DNA of 37,898 bases, taken from positions 1 through 37,898 of the forward strand of contig CAMZGB010000001.1 in assembly GCA_947306285.1 (NCBI GenBank), given 5' to 3'. Under the pieces are notes generated by a model. That model was not told the origin of the DNA, searched no databases, and saw only the letters and a program-made list of their open reading frames with translations. The translations under genes were made by a program, and so were the position numbers. Source of the DNA: an uncultured Lachnospira sp. (GTDB lineage Bacteria; Bacillota; Clostridia; Lachnospirales; Lachnospiraceae). Below, piece after piece: positions 9,601-18,219 of the stretch. The stretch's first letter is position 1, and the number at the start of each line of letters is the position of its first letter.

Positions 9601-10770
9601 CGGGTAAGAAACTTTTGCCTCTTCGCAGTATGTCTTATAGGCAGGCCATGCTTCTCCTAATGTAATTGAGTCTTCTTTAATAAGTTCGTCAATCCGTTCC
9701 TCCAAAAAATTGTAAAAATCATTTGTGGCACCAATCATGCTTTTTGGAATATAATCATCGTACGCAGATTTATCAGACTCGTAAACCTGAAGACAATGAT
9801 ATGCAATTCCTCCAAGTTCGAACTTAATTTGGTTCATAATCTCATAATATCTTTTTGCTGGGACTTTATTCTCAGTTGGAGAAACATCAATAAGTCTTCT
9901 AATAATACCGGACTTACTGTCGGTTATTCTAACTGGCTTATTCGTTCCCATAAACAGCATACTATGAAATCTAGAAACATAAAGTTTCTCAAACTTTGCA
10001 TTGACGGTCATTTCCTCATGAGAAACAATACTATTAAGTCTAGTATTATCCTCAATTTTACTTAAATCACCATCATGCTGAATGGCTACTAATGGATTTG
10101 ACTTAAACGATTCAAGAGCAAAGTCATTATTACCAGAACCGAGTGATTTGGCATCAAACATTGAATAATATCCATCAAATAACATTTGAATAATATTCAA
10201 AATTGTAGATTTACCGGTTCCAGCGCTACCATAGAATACTAAGAATTTTTGAATTATCTTAGAATCGCCAGAAACAACCGCGCCGATAGCCCATTCAATC
10301 TTATGCCGTTCGCTTGGAGAATATAATGTGGAAATAAGTTCTTCATATGCATCAATGTTGCCATCCTCTAACGAATATGGCAAACGCTTCGACGCATAAT
10401 CCTCTTTACATACCGGGCTATTCTGAAACACAAGTTTTTCATCAAGCGCATGAAAATTATCACGCATCTGTTTTTGAACATACTTGTGCCATTTATCAAT
10501 CATGCCAGTATCCGAATTCCACATATACTGGACAACAGCGCTACCTAGAGTCTCTTTATTCTTCTCTTTGAAAATATCAAGCTCTCTATCAATTAAATCA
10601 ATGACATCATCTTCTCTAGTTGTCCATGCTCCTCTTCGGTCATCCCAAATGGCGTAAAAGTCTCCGCCACGAATCATCAAATCCTTACTGGTTTTTACAA
10701 CGAAGGTGGGATAAATTTCAGGTGGCCCATCTTTCTTAGAAAATCTATAAGCCACCTTTAAGAAATCCAT
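6688..10770 (-). CDS. SF3 helicase - AEP primase - family B DNA polymerase fusion
   Basis: GSAGTGKST (SF3); DFD and SKSGTGIHLHY (PrimPol); FDVEV / GFNN..YD (3'-5' exonuclease); DIASMHP, KIAINSVYG and KTDS (PolB motifs A/B/C). Confidence 0.92.
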   Translation of the reverse strand: MDFLKVAYRFSKKDGPPEIYPTFVVKTSKDLMIRGGDFYAIWDDRRGAWTTREDDVIDLIDRELDIFKEKNKETLGSAVVQYMWNSDTGMIDKWHKYVQKQMRDNFHALDEKLVFQNSPVCKEDYASKRLPYSLEDGNIDAYEELISTLYSPSERHKIEWAIGAVVSGDSKIIQKFLVFYGSAGTGKSTILNIIQMLFDGYYSMFDAKSLGSGNNDFALESFKSNPLVAIQHDGDLSKIEDNTRLNSIVSHEEMTVNAKFEKLYVSRFHSMLFMGTNKPVRITDSKSGIIRRLIDVSPTENKVPAKRYYEIMNQIKFELGGIAYHCLQVYESDKSAYDDYIPKSMIGATNDFYNFLEERIDELIKEDSITLGEAWPAYKTYCEEAKVSYPYMKRVFKEELKTYFRHFEERTRDVNGNSLRNYYSGFKYEKFGYSQEDIYGNEFLNVAGQENDITKIGKDAISAPETIGAAGIIAAAVTSSNDIPCWLNFAKQESIFDEEAKDFPAQYATSDGVPAEKWDNVTTTLKDIKTGKLHYVMLPKNELGQSHIVIDFDIRGDDGKKSLKKNLEAASHWPQTYAELSKSGTGIHLHYLYSGDAENLSRVYSEQIEVKVFTGKSSLRRKLTKCNNIPIATITSGLPFKEERRVVNFEGVKNEKAIRTIIRKAINKEYEPYATKTSIDLIFKTLDDAYNSGVSYDVTNLRPAILSFAAKSTHNSSYCIKMVNNMKFASEDASSNADFEDDTIIFFDVEVFQNLFVVVWKAQNSPCVKMINPSPKDIEELIRHKLVGFNNRRYDNHILYGRLIGYSNEKLFELSQRIISGSPNAFFGEAYNLSYTDIYDFSSKKQSLKKWEIELDIHHQELGLPWDEPVPEELWGKVADYCVNDVVATEAVFNHLKADFIARQILADIAKQLTGSATVNDTTNQLTTKIIFRGNKKPQSEFVYTDLSTIFPGYTYTPESKEHKSFYRGEDPKEGGYVYSEPGIYTDVALLDIASMHPTSIEQLNLFGSYTKNFSDIKSARVLIKHGDFDAAKQMFNGALAPYLDDRDNADALAYALKIAINSVYGLTSAKFDNPFRDPRNKDNIVAKRGALFMINLKHEIQDMGYSVAHIKTDSIKIPNATPEVISFVVKYGKQYGYSFEHEATYDRMCLVNDAVYIAKYASIDKCISLYGKEYVESSKDILKDNKKHPDSWTATGTQFQVPYVFKTLFSHEPIEFKDLCEAKTVTSALYLDMNEDLPDVSEAEKELAKILKSEDNSDEKNQRVESLKNLIAMGHNYIFVGKAGSFCPVVDGAGGGILCREQNGSYNAATGSKGYRWMESEMVKELGKEDQIDHRYYRAMVDEAVASISEYGDFEWFVN

Positions 10771-10826
10771 TTAAGCACCTCCTCACAAAAAATATAAAAA
10801 TGCAAGTTATTGTTCTAAATCGTCCT

Positions 10827-10885
10827 ATCAAGTTCTGATCAAGTTACTGTAAAGTTACTATCAAACCTCGATCAAGTTCCGATCC
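10827..10885. repeat. 11-bp-period direct repeats (ATCAAGTT core)
   Basis: Copies or variants at 10827, 10838, 10849, 10860, 10871 and 10882. Confidence 0.7.
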
Positions 10886-10918
10886 AAAACAAACTCGAAA
10901 AACACTAAAAATATCACT

Positions 10919-11187
10919 TGTGTCACTTTTCCACTTTTTTTCTTACTCTGTATAATATTAAAAAATTAATTTTTTATACAACCTTTAAAAAAAAGTGACA
11001 CAAGTGACACAGAGCCCGCAAACCCTTTATTCATGCGGGTTTCCGGTGTGTCACTTTTTTAAAAAAGTGACACAAAAAACGAAAAAAGTGACACAAAAAT
11101 ATTTTTTTTTCAATTTTTCGCATTTTTTGCAAAATTTTGTGTCACTTTTTTGACATTTTGTGTCACTTTTTTAAAAAAAGTGACACA
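10919..11187. repeat. Putative replication origin: nine AAGTGACACA boxes in both orientations
   Basis: Plus copies at 10993, 11002, 11065, 11086 and 11178; inverted copies at 10919, 11047, 11138 and 11159. Perfect 28-bp palindrome at 11047-11074; AT-rich; directly upstream of the primase-polymerase. Confidence 0.75.
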
Positions 11188-11207
11188 GGATTTTTTGAGC
11201 TTTTTCA

Positions 11208-11723
11208 TCAAAAATATCTACTTTTTATGAAGTAATTTAGCTGATACCAAAGATCAATTTTACGCATATCTCCGCGGAACCCAGGAACATAAAATGGTCC
11301 ACCAAGACCATCTCGACCATATGTTCTATTTATAAACTGATCTACAATTTCGCTAACTTCATCCAAGTCATACCTATAGTCATCATATTCAGTTAGACCT
11401 AGATTTTGCATAATATCCCAGAACCATAAATACGTTCTATCGCCGTAATCTGGATCATGCATAATATCTTCTTCGCAAGTTTTGGCAAGACCAATTAGAA
11501 CTTCCAAGATGCTACAAGGTCCAGACTTATCACAGCTAAACCCAGTCTCATATTCATAAAGTTCACGAAGGTCTATGCCGTCACTTGCCCTATTTCTATC
11601 CAAGTCTACCTTAGAATTGAAAGACCGTATATATAAGTATTCTAAAACTTTCTGATAATAGCCGTATTCAATATCACTATTATCAGGCGCTACAATTCCA
11701 GCAAGCCATGCCAGATATGTCAA
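11208..11723 (-). CDS. Conserved phage hypothetical protein
   Basis: D.NRA.DG..LR, CSILEVLIGLA and LWYQLN motifs; translationally coupled to the upstream gene. Confidence 0.8.
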   Translation of the reverse strand: MTYLAWLAGIVAPDNSDIEYGYYQKVLEYLYIRSFNSKVDLDRNRASDGIDLRELYEYETGFSCDKSGPCSILEVLIGLAKTCEEDIMHDPDYGDRTYLWFWDIMQNLGLTEYDDYRYDLDEVSEIVDQFINRTYGRDGLGGPFYVPGFRGDMRKIDLWYQLNYFIKSRYF

Positions 11724-12370
11724 TCAGAATCATCCCACTTCCCAAAATCATAAGATCCACTCCATCTCCCTTCATTTTTAATTACTTCAAAGTCTGTTGC
11801 GATTGTCTCGTTGCGAATATAAGCAACGTCCTCCTCAAATTCGCCAAACAGACTCGTAAAATCAATTCCTAAAATATCTTCCGGGCTATCGATTATCCTA
11901 TCATCATTAGCCCCAACGACCATACCACCATCCTCAAAATATAATAGCGTCTCCTTATCAAAGTTGGTCATGCTATGCACAAATTCTGTTGGAGTAATAG
12001 AGTACGGCTTAGGATTAATATCACCCTCCGTAGGGTATACGAGGTCCGCCTCAATGTCTTCTTCATCCTCATCGCCGGCATTACCATCGTCATCATTTTC
12101 TTCATACGAGCTTTCGTCCTTCGCATCGCCCACATCGTATCCGCTATTGAAAATAATGGCTTCCATGCGACTTTTTGCGTCATGAAGCTTACGAACCTTA
12201 TCAAGATCGGCGCACTTTGCAAGATAAACATCTTTTACAGACTGAATTTCAGAGTCTGCCTTATCTGCATAATGCTTTTCAAGTCTCTTATTTAAAATAT
12301 AATACGTAGCACCAGAACCAACTGCCGCCCCTAAGATGAAGAACGCCGCATTTTTAATAATGTTATTCAT
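11720..12370 (-). CDS. Membrane-anchored acidic phage protein
   Basis: N-terminal FILGAAVGSGATY hydrophobic segment; PY.ITP.EF motif; GAGGTG RBS before ATG 12370. Confidence 0.75.
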   Translation of the reverse strand: MNNIIKNAAFFILGAAVGSGATYYILNKRLEKHYADKADSEIQSVKDVYLAKCADLDKVRKLHDAKSRMEAIIFNSGYDVGDAKDESSYEENDDDGNAGDEDEEDIEADLVYPTEGDINPKPYSITPTEFVHSMTNFDKETLLYFEDGGMVVGANDDRIIDSPEDILGIDFTSLFGEFEEDVAYIRNETIATDFEVIKNEGRWSGSYDFGKWDDSD

Positions 12371-12378
12371 ACTCCACC

Positions 12379-13305
12379 TCAAATCTTGTCATAAATAATG
12401 CCGTCGACATTAAAATCCAAGAGAACACTACGCTCATAGCCGTTAACAAAGTCACGAACGCCTTCACTAGGATTAATATTATCAAGACCAAATGTAATAT
12501 AATTGTCTCCATCGCCGTCCATAATCCAACCTACAACCGCGCCAGCACGAGAACGGGGAATCCCAAGGCAGTCATACACTTCATTTAAGAATACATGCCC
12601 ACGAGAATGGAGAAGATCGTTTGCGAAATTCTGCTGATTTCTTAAGAACAGCATGTTGTACTCCGGGTTCTTCTTCCACGCAATAGAGTTCTCATCAAAG
12701 AAACGAGCATAAGGACTACAGTGGAAGTCTGGGTTAAGAGTAATGCCATCCGGAGTAATAACTGCATCTGCACTGTCATCGGCCGCATCCTTATTCTTCT
12801 TAGAAACAGACTTACCAGTGTAAATATCATTCTCAGCTTCCTCACCGAGAATATCCTTTACACGATTACGATAAGTCTTATATGCCTCGTCAACAGCCTT
12901 ATAAGCAGCCGCAGCGCCTAAGTACCTACGATTGAGGACCACGTGACTGCCAACAATAAGACCAAGACTAACGGTACCAAGAATAATAGGACCAGAGTAA
13001 ATTCGAACAACCTTACCAGTTGTGCGAATCATAGACTTAGTGGTTGCCTTTTTGTACTCAGGTGTCCCCTTTTCAAAGTTTACATCTACCGCGTCAAGTT
13101 CACCATTCGAGTCCTTGACAATATCAGGGAGCTTCTTATAAGAATTAACGCACGCCCAGACACCGGCCGCAACGATTCCAACACCACCAGCGGCGAGCAT
13201 CACGGTGGGACTTGCCTTCTTAGCAATAAGACCGGCTTTCCCTACTACAGGCCCTACAGCATTCTTAACAGCCACTGCTGCCTTGTTAATAATTTCAACT
13301 TTCAT
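12379..13305 (-). CDS. DUF6353-like phage membrane protein (paralog 1)
   Basis: Two hydrophobic segments; FLNEVY..LGI...G..VGW and LDFNVDG motifs. Confidence 0.75.
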   Translation of the reverse strand: MKVEIINKAAVAVKNAVGPVVGKAGLIAKKASPTVMLAAGGVGIVAAGVWACVNSYKKLPDIVKDSNGELDAVDVNFEKGTPEYKKATTKSMIRTTGKVVRIYSGPIILGTVSLGLIVGSHVVLNRRYLGAAAAYKAVDEAYKTYRNRVKDILGEEAENDIYTGKSVSKKNKDAADDSADAVITPDGITLNPDFHCSPYARFFDENSIAWKKNPEYNMLFLRNQQNFANDLLHSRGHVFLNEVYDCLGIPRSRAGAVVGWIMDGDGDNYITFGLDNINPSEGVRDFVNGYERSVLLDFNVDGIIYDKI

Positions 13306-13326
13306 AATTAATATCTCCTCTTAATA

Positions 13327-14019
13327 TCAAAGTTTAATAGGCTTGGGAAGGTCAATAATATAGCCGTCACGTCCAGCGCGCACAACCGAGACGTTTCGAA
13401 TATCCGTCCATCCCCACTTATCACCATCATCCGCCCAAGTGATGGTAATCTGGCACAAGTCATAGAAATCGGCCATGGTTACTGCGCCATATGTTTCAAT
13501 CATGTCTTGCATAATATCAACAATATTTTCTGCATCACCACGGGAATCAAATACTACATCATCGAATCTATGGCCCATACGATTACGAGAAGATGGGAGC
13601 CGCTCCTTACTTTCGCCATTTCTAAAAGGGCTTCCATAGGAAATATAAGTTCCTCCGCCAGAAGATTTCTTTTTACTTCTCGATGTTGCCTCGCCAAATA
13701 GCATCATTTCGATACTTTTGGTAAGCATGTCACTTACTGTATCCTTAACCGCCGGAATGAGAACATCCATAAGGACGTACTCTTTTACATCAGTAATGTT
13801 ACCGGCTAAAAAGTTCTCAGTAAAACGTTTAAAAATAGACTTTTTTTGGATTCGAGCAGTGCCAGTAATTGCCTTTTCAAGATGCTTAGGTTTTTCAGGC
13901 ACGGATGATACTATTTCTCCAGGCTTTCGAACTCGTACTGGCTCTTTACCAGATGCTCTTGCCTGCTGAATATATCTATTAGAGTTTGGTGCAAACTCAT
14001 TTTCATTAGGAAGGTCCAT
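13327..14019 (-). CDS. Conserved phage hypothetical protein
   Basis: PNS, DVLIPA.KD and ADFYDL...WGW motifs; AAGGAG RBS. Confidence 0.8.
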   Translation of the reverse strand: MDLPNENEFAPNSNRYIQQARASGKEPVRVRKPGEIVSSVPEKPKHLEKAITGTARIQKKSIFKRFTENFLAGNITDVKEYVLMDVLIPAVKDTVSDMLTKSIEMMLFGEATSRSKKKSSGGGTYISYGSPFRNGESKERLPSSRNRMGHRFDDVVFDSRGDAENIVDIMQDMIETYGAVTMADFYDLCQITITWADDGDKWGWTDIRNVSVVRAGRDGYIIDLPKPIKL

Positions 14020-14094
14020 ATTTACTCCTTTCTAAGGGCAAAAGAAAGAGGCGATGCCGCCTCAATCTTGTGATAGGTACGAAGTGTCAATTAA

Positions 14095-14484
14095 TTATCC
14101 GAAAATATCATTATGATACGGAGTTTCGGTCTCCTTATAAGTTTCTGGCTCTTTATCCTTATAAGTATTGGGCTCTTCCTCAGAGCTCTTAGTTTTACCC
14201 TTTCCGACATTAGAAATTGCCTTCACCGCGCTAATAAGGTCAGCGCCAGCGTCAACATACTCATCGAGCACCTTATTAGTGCTTCGAGTAACCGTTTCAG
14301 TCATTGCGAACGTGGCTACAGTACTACAGGCGCTCTTTAAGATCTTTACTACCGTACCTCCGTTCATATTAGGAAGTAAGATTCCAAGAAGAGCACCACC
14401 CATGAAAGAAGTGCCAAGCTCATTTACAAGACGAGCGCCAGCCTTGGCATAGTCTCTAGCAGTATACTCTTTTTCATTGCTCAT
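14095..14484 (-). CDS. Hypothetical protein
   Basis: GAAAGGAG RBS before MSNEK; followed by a terminator-like hairpin at ~14040-14069. Confidence 0.7.
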   Translation of the reverse strand: MSNEKEYTARDYAKAGARLVNELGTSFMGGALLGILLPNMNGGTVVKILKSACSTVATFAMTETVTRSTNKVLDEYVDAGADLISAVKAISNVGKGKTKSSEEEPNTYKDKEPETYKETETPYHNDIFG

Positions 14485-14522
14485 TTTTAGTTCTCCTTTC
14501 AAAATATAAGCATTGATTTAGA

Positions 14523-14563
14523 AAAAAAAAGAAAAGGGCCTTGTAAAAGACCCTAATCTTTTT
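14523..14563 (-). terminator. Intrinsic terminator, identical to 31318-31358
   Basis: Minus strand AGATTAGGGTC-TTTTACAA-GGCCCTTTTCTTTTTTTT; 41-bp exact duplicate. Confidence 0.85.
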
Positions 14564-14573
14564 GGAATATCAT

Positions 14574-14852
14574 TTACTCTTCTGTGTCAAACGGTGCATC
14601 AGCGTCGGAAACAGTGTAATCGTCAGGATCTGCCTCGATGCTATCATCATCTTCAGAGTCGGAGCTTCTGCCCTTTGCCATAGCGATCACCAGAAGTCCT
14701 CCAGCCAACGCTGCGCCGCCGATGGCGATGCCGCGAACGACCTTGTAGACCACCGGATGATTCTCCTTCATCTTGGCGATAAAGCTCTTCTTCTCAGTCG
14801 AGTCAGTAACATTGTACTCAGGCTCCATATCGATAATCTTCTTGTCTTCCAT
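14574..14852 (-). CDS. Small membrane protein (cassette gene)
   Basis: GGAGG RBS; one TM segment; acidic tail; bounded by the promoter motif and a terminator. Confidence 0.8.
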   Translation of the reverse strand: MEDKKIIDMEPEYNVTDSTEKKSFIAKMKENHPVVYKVVRGIAIGGAALAGGLLVIAMAKGRSSDSEDDDSIEADPDDYTVSDADAPFDTEE

Positions 14853-14897
14853 TGTAAAATACCTCCATTTTTAATAGTTAGATTTGTATTGGTACTC

Positions 14898-14927
14898 CTC
14901 TATTATATGATGTGTAAAATTTACGAA
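14898..14927 (-). promoter_or_regulatory. Phage promoter-like motif, copy 2
   Basis: TTCGTAAATTTTACACATCATATAATAGAG. Confidence 0.8.
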
Positions 14928-15223
14928 TTTTGGTACTTAGCCTCGATTTCCGCGATTCCATTATCCTCATAAGAACGCTTGTAATCAATTACAGCTATCG
15001 AGTGCCTTATAACCCGTTTAATTTCGTCATCGGTTGCGTCTTTGGCAAGCATACTGATGATTAAATCAGACAGTCTTGATACGCATTGCTCTAATGGGCC
15101 CATAACATCTTCTTTTGGATGGTCAAAGAATCCGTCATCAAGCATAGCGGCCTTACTTCGTAAACCCTGAAGCTTTCCAATACTGGGGTTAACTAAAGGA
15201 TTTTCGATATCATTTTTACTCAT
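14921..15223 (-). CDS. 100-aa stand-alone paralog of the RNAP post-catalytic helical segment
   Basis: SDLIISMLAKDATDDEIKRVIRHSIAVID-YKRSYEDNGIAEIEAKYQ matches the 911-aa protein at 30/51 aligned residues (manual alignment); GAAAGGTG RBS. Confidence 0.85.
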   Translation of the reverse strand: MSKNDIENPLVNPSIGKLQGLRSKAAMLDDGFFDHPKEDVMGPLEQCVSRLSDLIISMLAKDATDDEIKRVIRHSIAVIDYKRSYEDNGIAEIEAKYQNS

Positions 15224-15263
15224 AATATTCACCTTTCTTAAATTCTTATTATGAATTTATTAA

Positions 15264-16013
15264 TTAAAGCACGGTATCATATATCTCAACAGGATAGTCC
15301 ATTGGGCTCCAGTCAATGATAAGAACTGGCTCTGGAATATCATCGAATTCGCCATCGACTAAAAGCGTATTAATAAACTCTAAAGAATCAATATAAGGTT
15401 CATGCATGGGATTGCAAGGCCACCCCATCTTCCAACCAAAATATGAGTCTTTAATTCCGAGAAATCTGTAAAAATCGTTTAGAAGAGCTGAATCCCCTGC
15501 TGAAAGTTTAGCTTCTAGCATATTCTCGGCTCTTCTAACAGCTTCCTCAGAAGAGCGGAACCATCGTCCGGAAAATCCTTCATAGCATAGAAGATCTCCG
15601 TACTTAGTTTCTTCTACCGATGTTGGAACGTAAAGATCATTAACTATTTCCTTACGAAGAGCCTCTAAGGTATCTTTACCATAGTGCTCCTCAATTTTTT
15701 CTTCTAGTTTCTGACCTCTATTAACCGCATAGGCAGTTGCCGCGCTAAGAGTAACGAGCTCTTTTGATTGCAATTTATAGGATATCAATATGCAACCGAT
15801 TGTCGCTCCGCCTACTATAGCGCTCGGAATATAATATTTCCAGGTAATTTTCGCCTTATCTATAATGGTAACTGGCTTATTCGGCGACGATTCTATGCTC
15901 TCCTTAGCTTTTATAGTTGCCCTAGAAGCTAAAACTGCAGTGGCTGGGACCCCTAAGAGCCCCAGAACCACGCAGATAGCCGGCAACTTTTTAATAATTG
16001 CCGCTTTAGACAT
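15264..16013 (-). CDS. DUF6353-like protein (paralog 2)
   Basis: TAVLASRAT.KA, WKYYIP, SGRWFRS and LNDFY..LGI...MGW motifs. Confidence 0.75.
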   Translation of the reverse strand: MSKAAIIKKLPAICVVLGLLGVPATAVLASRATIKAKESIESSPNKPVTIIDKAKITWKYYIPSAIVGGATIGCILISYKLQSKELVTLSAATAYAVNRGQKLEEKIEEHYGKDTLEALRKEIVNDLYVPTSVEETKYGDLLCYEGFSGRWFRSSEEAVRRAENMLEAKLSAGDSALLNDFYRFLGIKDSYFGWKMGWPCNPMHEPYIDSLEFINTLLVDGEFDDIPEPVLIIDWSPMDYPVEIYDTVL

Positions 16014-16029
16014 AGTTTCCTCCTAAATA

Positions 16030-16881
16030 TCAGTACGACCAATTAGCCATAATGGGCCGAAGCTCGTAGTCAATCGTCGTGCAGGGATGACCGTTCTCCA
16101 TTAGCTGAGAAGAATACGTAATATGAAGCATGTCATCATGAGGATTGCCGCCATCATCTAATATCCAGCCAAGACCACTCCCGATGTTCCCCTTTCCTTT
16201 GATTTCCGGAATATCAAGGTAGCCATACCAATCATTTAGTGTGGCGAATCGTTCATCCCACAAGCTTTCATTGAACGACTGAGCAGCTCTTCGAACCTTC
16301 TCGATATTGGATTTGAAGTATCGGCCAGACGGAATATCAAAGAACATACTATCCTCTGAATCCCCAACGAAATATACTTCTTTAGAAGGTGCCTCCGATT
16401 TAGACTTATCAACCTTATCTTTGGCAATATCATCAGTAAGGGTCTTGAGCTTCTTATCGCCATCAACCTGCACAATCTTTTCTTTAAGATCTTTGAGGTT
16501 CATTGCGCTAAGCTGGTATGCGGCCAGTGCTGCTGCAGTTCTCTGGTATTGAATCTTTTGCGCAAATATCAAGCACGCAGAAGAACTTACAAAGATTGCC
16601 GCCGCCGGCCAGTAATTCTTAGCATAAATCTTAGCTCTTGGCATAATCGGATGCTTAATCTCTTTACTTTCGGACTGTTCAACTTCGTGAAGCTCTTCCT
16701 TTTCCAAGTTCTTAAGATCCTGGTCAACGAACTTGGTTTCATGAACTGCTGCAACTACCGCGAGGGCCATTCCTCCGATACCAAGCGCAGTTAAAAGTGT
16801 TGGAGAATTCTTTGTTACGAATCCTCCAACCGCTTTGCCGCCAATCTTGACAGCATTTACCATGTTATTGATCACACTCAT
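16030..16881 (-). CDS. DUF6353-like protein (paralog 3)
   Basis: NSPTLLTALGI, SGRYFKS and LNDWY..LDI...LGW motifs. Confidence 0.75.
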   Translation of the reverse strand: MSVINNMVNAVKIGGKAVGGFVTKNSPTLLTALGIGGMALAVVAAVHETKFVDQDLKNLEKEELHEVEQSESKEIKHPIMPRAKIYAKNYWPAAAIFVSSSACLIFAQKIQYQRTAAALAAYQLSAMNLKDLKEKIVQVDGDKKLKTLTDDIAKDKVDKSKSEAPSKEVYFVGDSEDSMFFDIPSGRYFKSNIEKVRRAAQSFNESLWDERFATLNDWYGYLDIPEIKGKGNIGSGLGWILDDGGNPHDDMLHITYSSQLMENGHPCTTIDYELRPIMANWSY

Positions 16882-16926
16882 GGCATTTGTCTCCTTTCAA
16901 GACTAAAAAATAAGGGCCCATTCACC

Positions 16927-16956
16927 CTCTATTATATGCAATGCATTTTTTACGAA
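16927..16956 (-). promoter_or_regulatory. Phage promoter-like motif, copy 3
   Basis: TTCGTAAAAAATGCATTGCATATAATAGAG. Confidence 0.8.
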
Positions 16957-17168
16957 TATCTTTTCTCATTATTCTTCTGCATCTTGTTCCATCCGACGAT
17001 CGCATCATTAACTGTGGACGCTCCAAACCCGAAACAGTGATTGGGGCATAAAACAATGGGCTTTGGCCTAATATCAAAGTTATATGTAACTTCGACTATA
17101 CTCGGGGTTGCTCCGCATTTAGCGCAATGACTAGGGTTCAAGGATAGAACCGGCATTGTGTAATTCAT
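16950..17168 (-). CDS. Lar-like zinc-ribbon protein
   Basis: CAKCG...CPNHC...AI.GWN pattern. Confidence 0.6.
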   Translation of the reverse strand: MNYTMPVLSLNPSHCAKCGATPSIVEVTYNFDIRPKPIVLCPNHCFGFGASTVNDAIVGWNKMQKNNEKRYS

Positions 17169-17170
17169 GA

Positions 17171-17428
17171 TTACATCTCCTTAGATATAATAGAAATCCA
17201 ATATTTCTTATTCTTGCTATCGACAATATTTACTGGGTACCCTAAAAGTCTATTTCTAACTGTGTATATTCCGGTTCGTTTGTCGTATTCACCGTCCGCT
17301 TCAACCGGATACTCCGCAAGAAGCGAATCGAACATCGGCCTGGTCATACATATCTCTATATTTGCAGAAGGGTCAAGCTTTCTGGCCATATAAATATCAG
17401 TTATGATAGAGTCAAAATGTTTACGCAT
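17171..17428 (-). CDS. Hypothetical protein
   Basis: GGGAGG RBS; tightly packed in the operon. Confidence 0.7.
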   Translation of the reverse strand: MRKHFDSIITDIYMARKLDPSANIEICMTRPMFDSLLAEYPVEADGEYDKRTGIYTVRNRLLGYPVNIVDSKNKKYWISIISKEM

Positions 17429-17444
17429 TTAAAATACCTCCCGA

Positions 17445-18086
17445 TCATCGTTCGATAAAGTACCTTATACCGTGGATTTCTGCACAAAATATCTGGCTTT
17501 CATGGTATGGACTATAGCAACTTGACATGCAAAATATTGTAGAATTTCCCACTCTACTATCAGTATTTCCATACACGAAAACCTCAATAACTGCCAGTCG
17601 AGCATTTTCATATGAAAGCGCGGATTTATTAAGATTACGTACATCATATTTGTATTTATAGCAAACTTCGTCTGGGGTTAATTTGAAGCCATACTTCGCT
17701 TGAGTATTGTAAACGCATGTAGCTACATCCCAGCAAACATCATAAAAGTCTCCGCCTTCATTCGCAATAATCCGAATGAGATCGGAAACATTAAAGCCCC
17801 AAACAAGTTGCTCGTTCTCAGTTCCAATTGCGGAAATTAGAGCCTCTTGTCGTAGCTTTTCAGTATCAATAACTGGTAAAATTTCATGTATTTTTGTTGA
17901 AATATCACCATCCTCAACTACCGTTGGAGACGGAATAGAATAAATATCATTTTGATTACTATTTATGGTTTCGGCATATGACACACCTAGGCAAAATAGT
18001 ATTATAGAATATAATGAAATAGATACGGTAAGCGCGACGCCGGCGATCACTCGCATTGGCTTATAACTACTTTTCACTCGTCTCAT
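17445..18086 (-). CDS. Membrane-anchored SleB-like cell wall hydrolase
   Basis: N-terminal TM; LIRIIANEGG...VA..V.N and C-terminal IHGIRYF pattern. Confidence 0.55.
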   Translation of the reverse strand: MRRVKSSYKPMRVIAGVALTVSISLYSIILFCLGVSYAETINSNQNDIYSIPSPTVVEDGDISTKIHEILPVIDTEKLRQEALISAIGTENEQLVWGFNVSDLIRIIANEGGDFYDVCWDVATCVYNTQAKYGFKLTPDEVCYKYKYDVRNLNKSALSYENARLAVIEVFVYGNTDSRVGNSTIFCMSSCYSPYHESQIFCAEIHGIRYFIER

Positions 18087-18205
18087 TGCTCCCCCTCCAA
18101 AATGAATCGATATGCTTCCTCAATTGTATCCGCCGAAAATATAAACTGTCCATGCTGGAACACCTCGACATGCTCATCAACATTCTTAATTTCAAATTCA
18201 GACAT
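18083..18205 (-). CDS. 40-aa hypothetical protein (not in ORF track)
   Basis: MSEFEIKNVDEHVEVFQHGQFIFSADTIEEAYRFILEGEQ; AAGGAG RBS; ATGA overlap with the next gene. Confidence 0.7.
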   Translation of the reverse strand: MSEFEIKNVDEHVEVFQHGQFIFSADTIEEAYRFILEGEQ

Positions 18206-18219
18206 ATAATATTTTCTCC

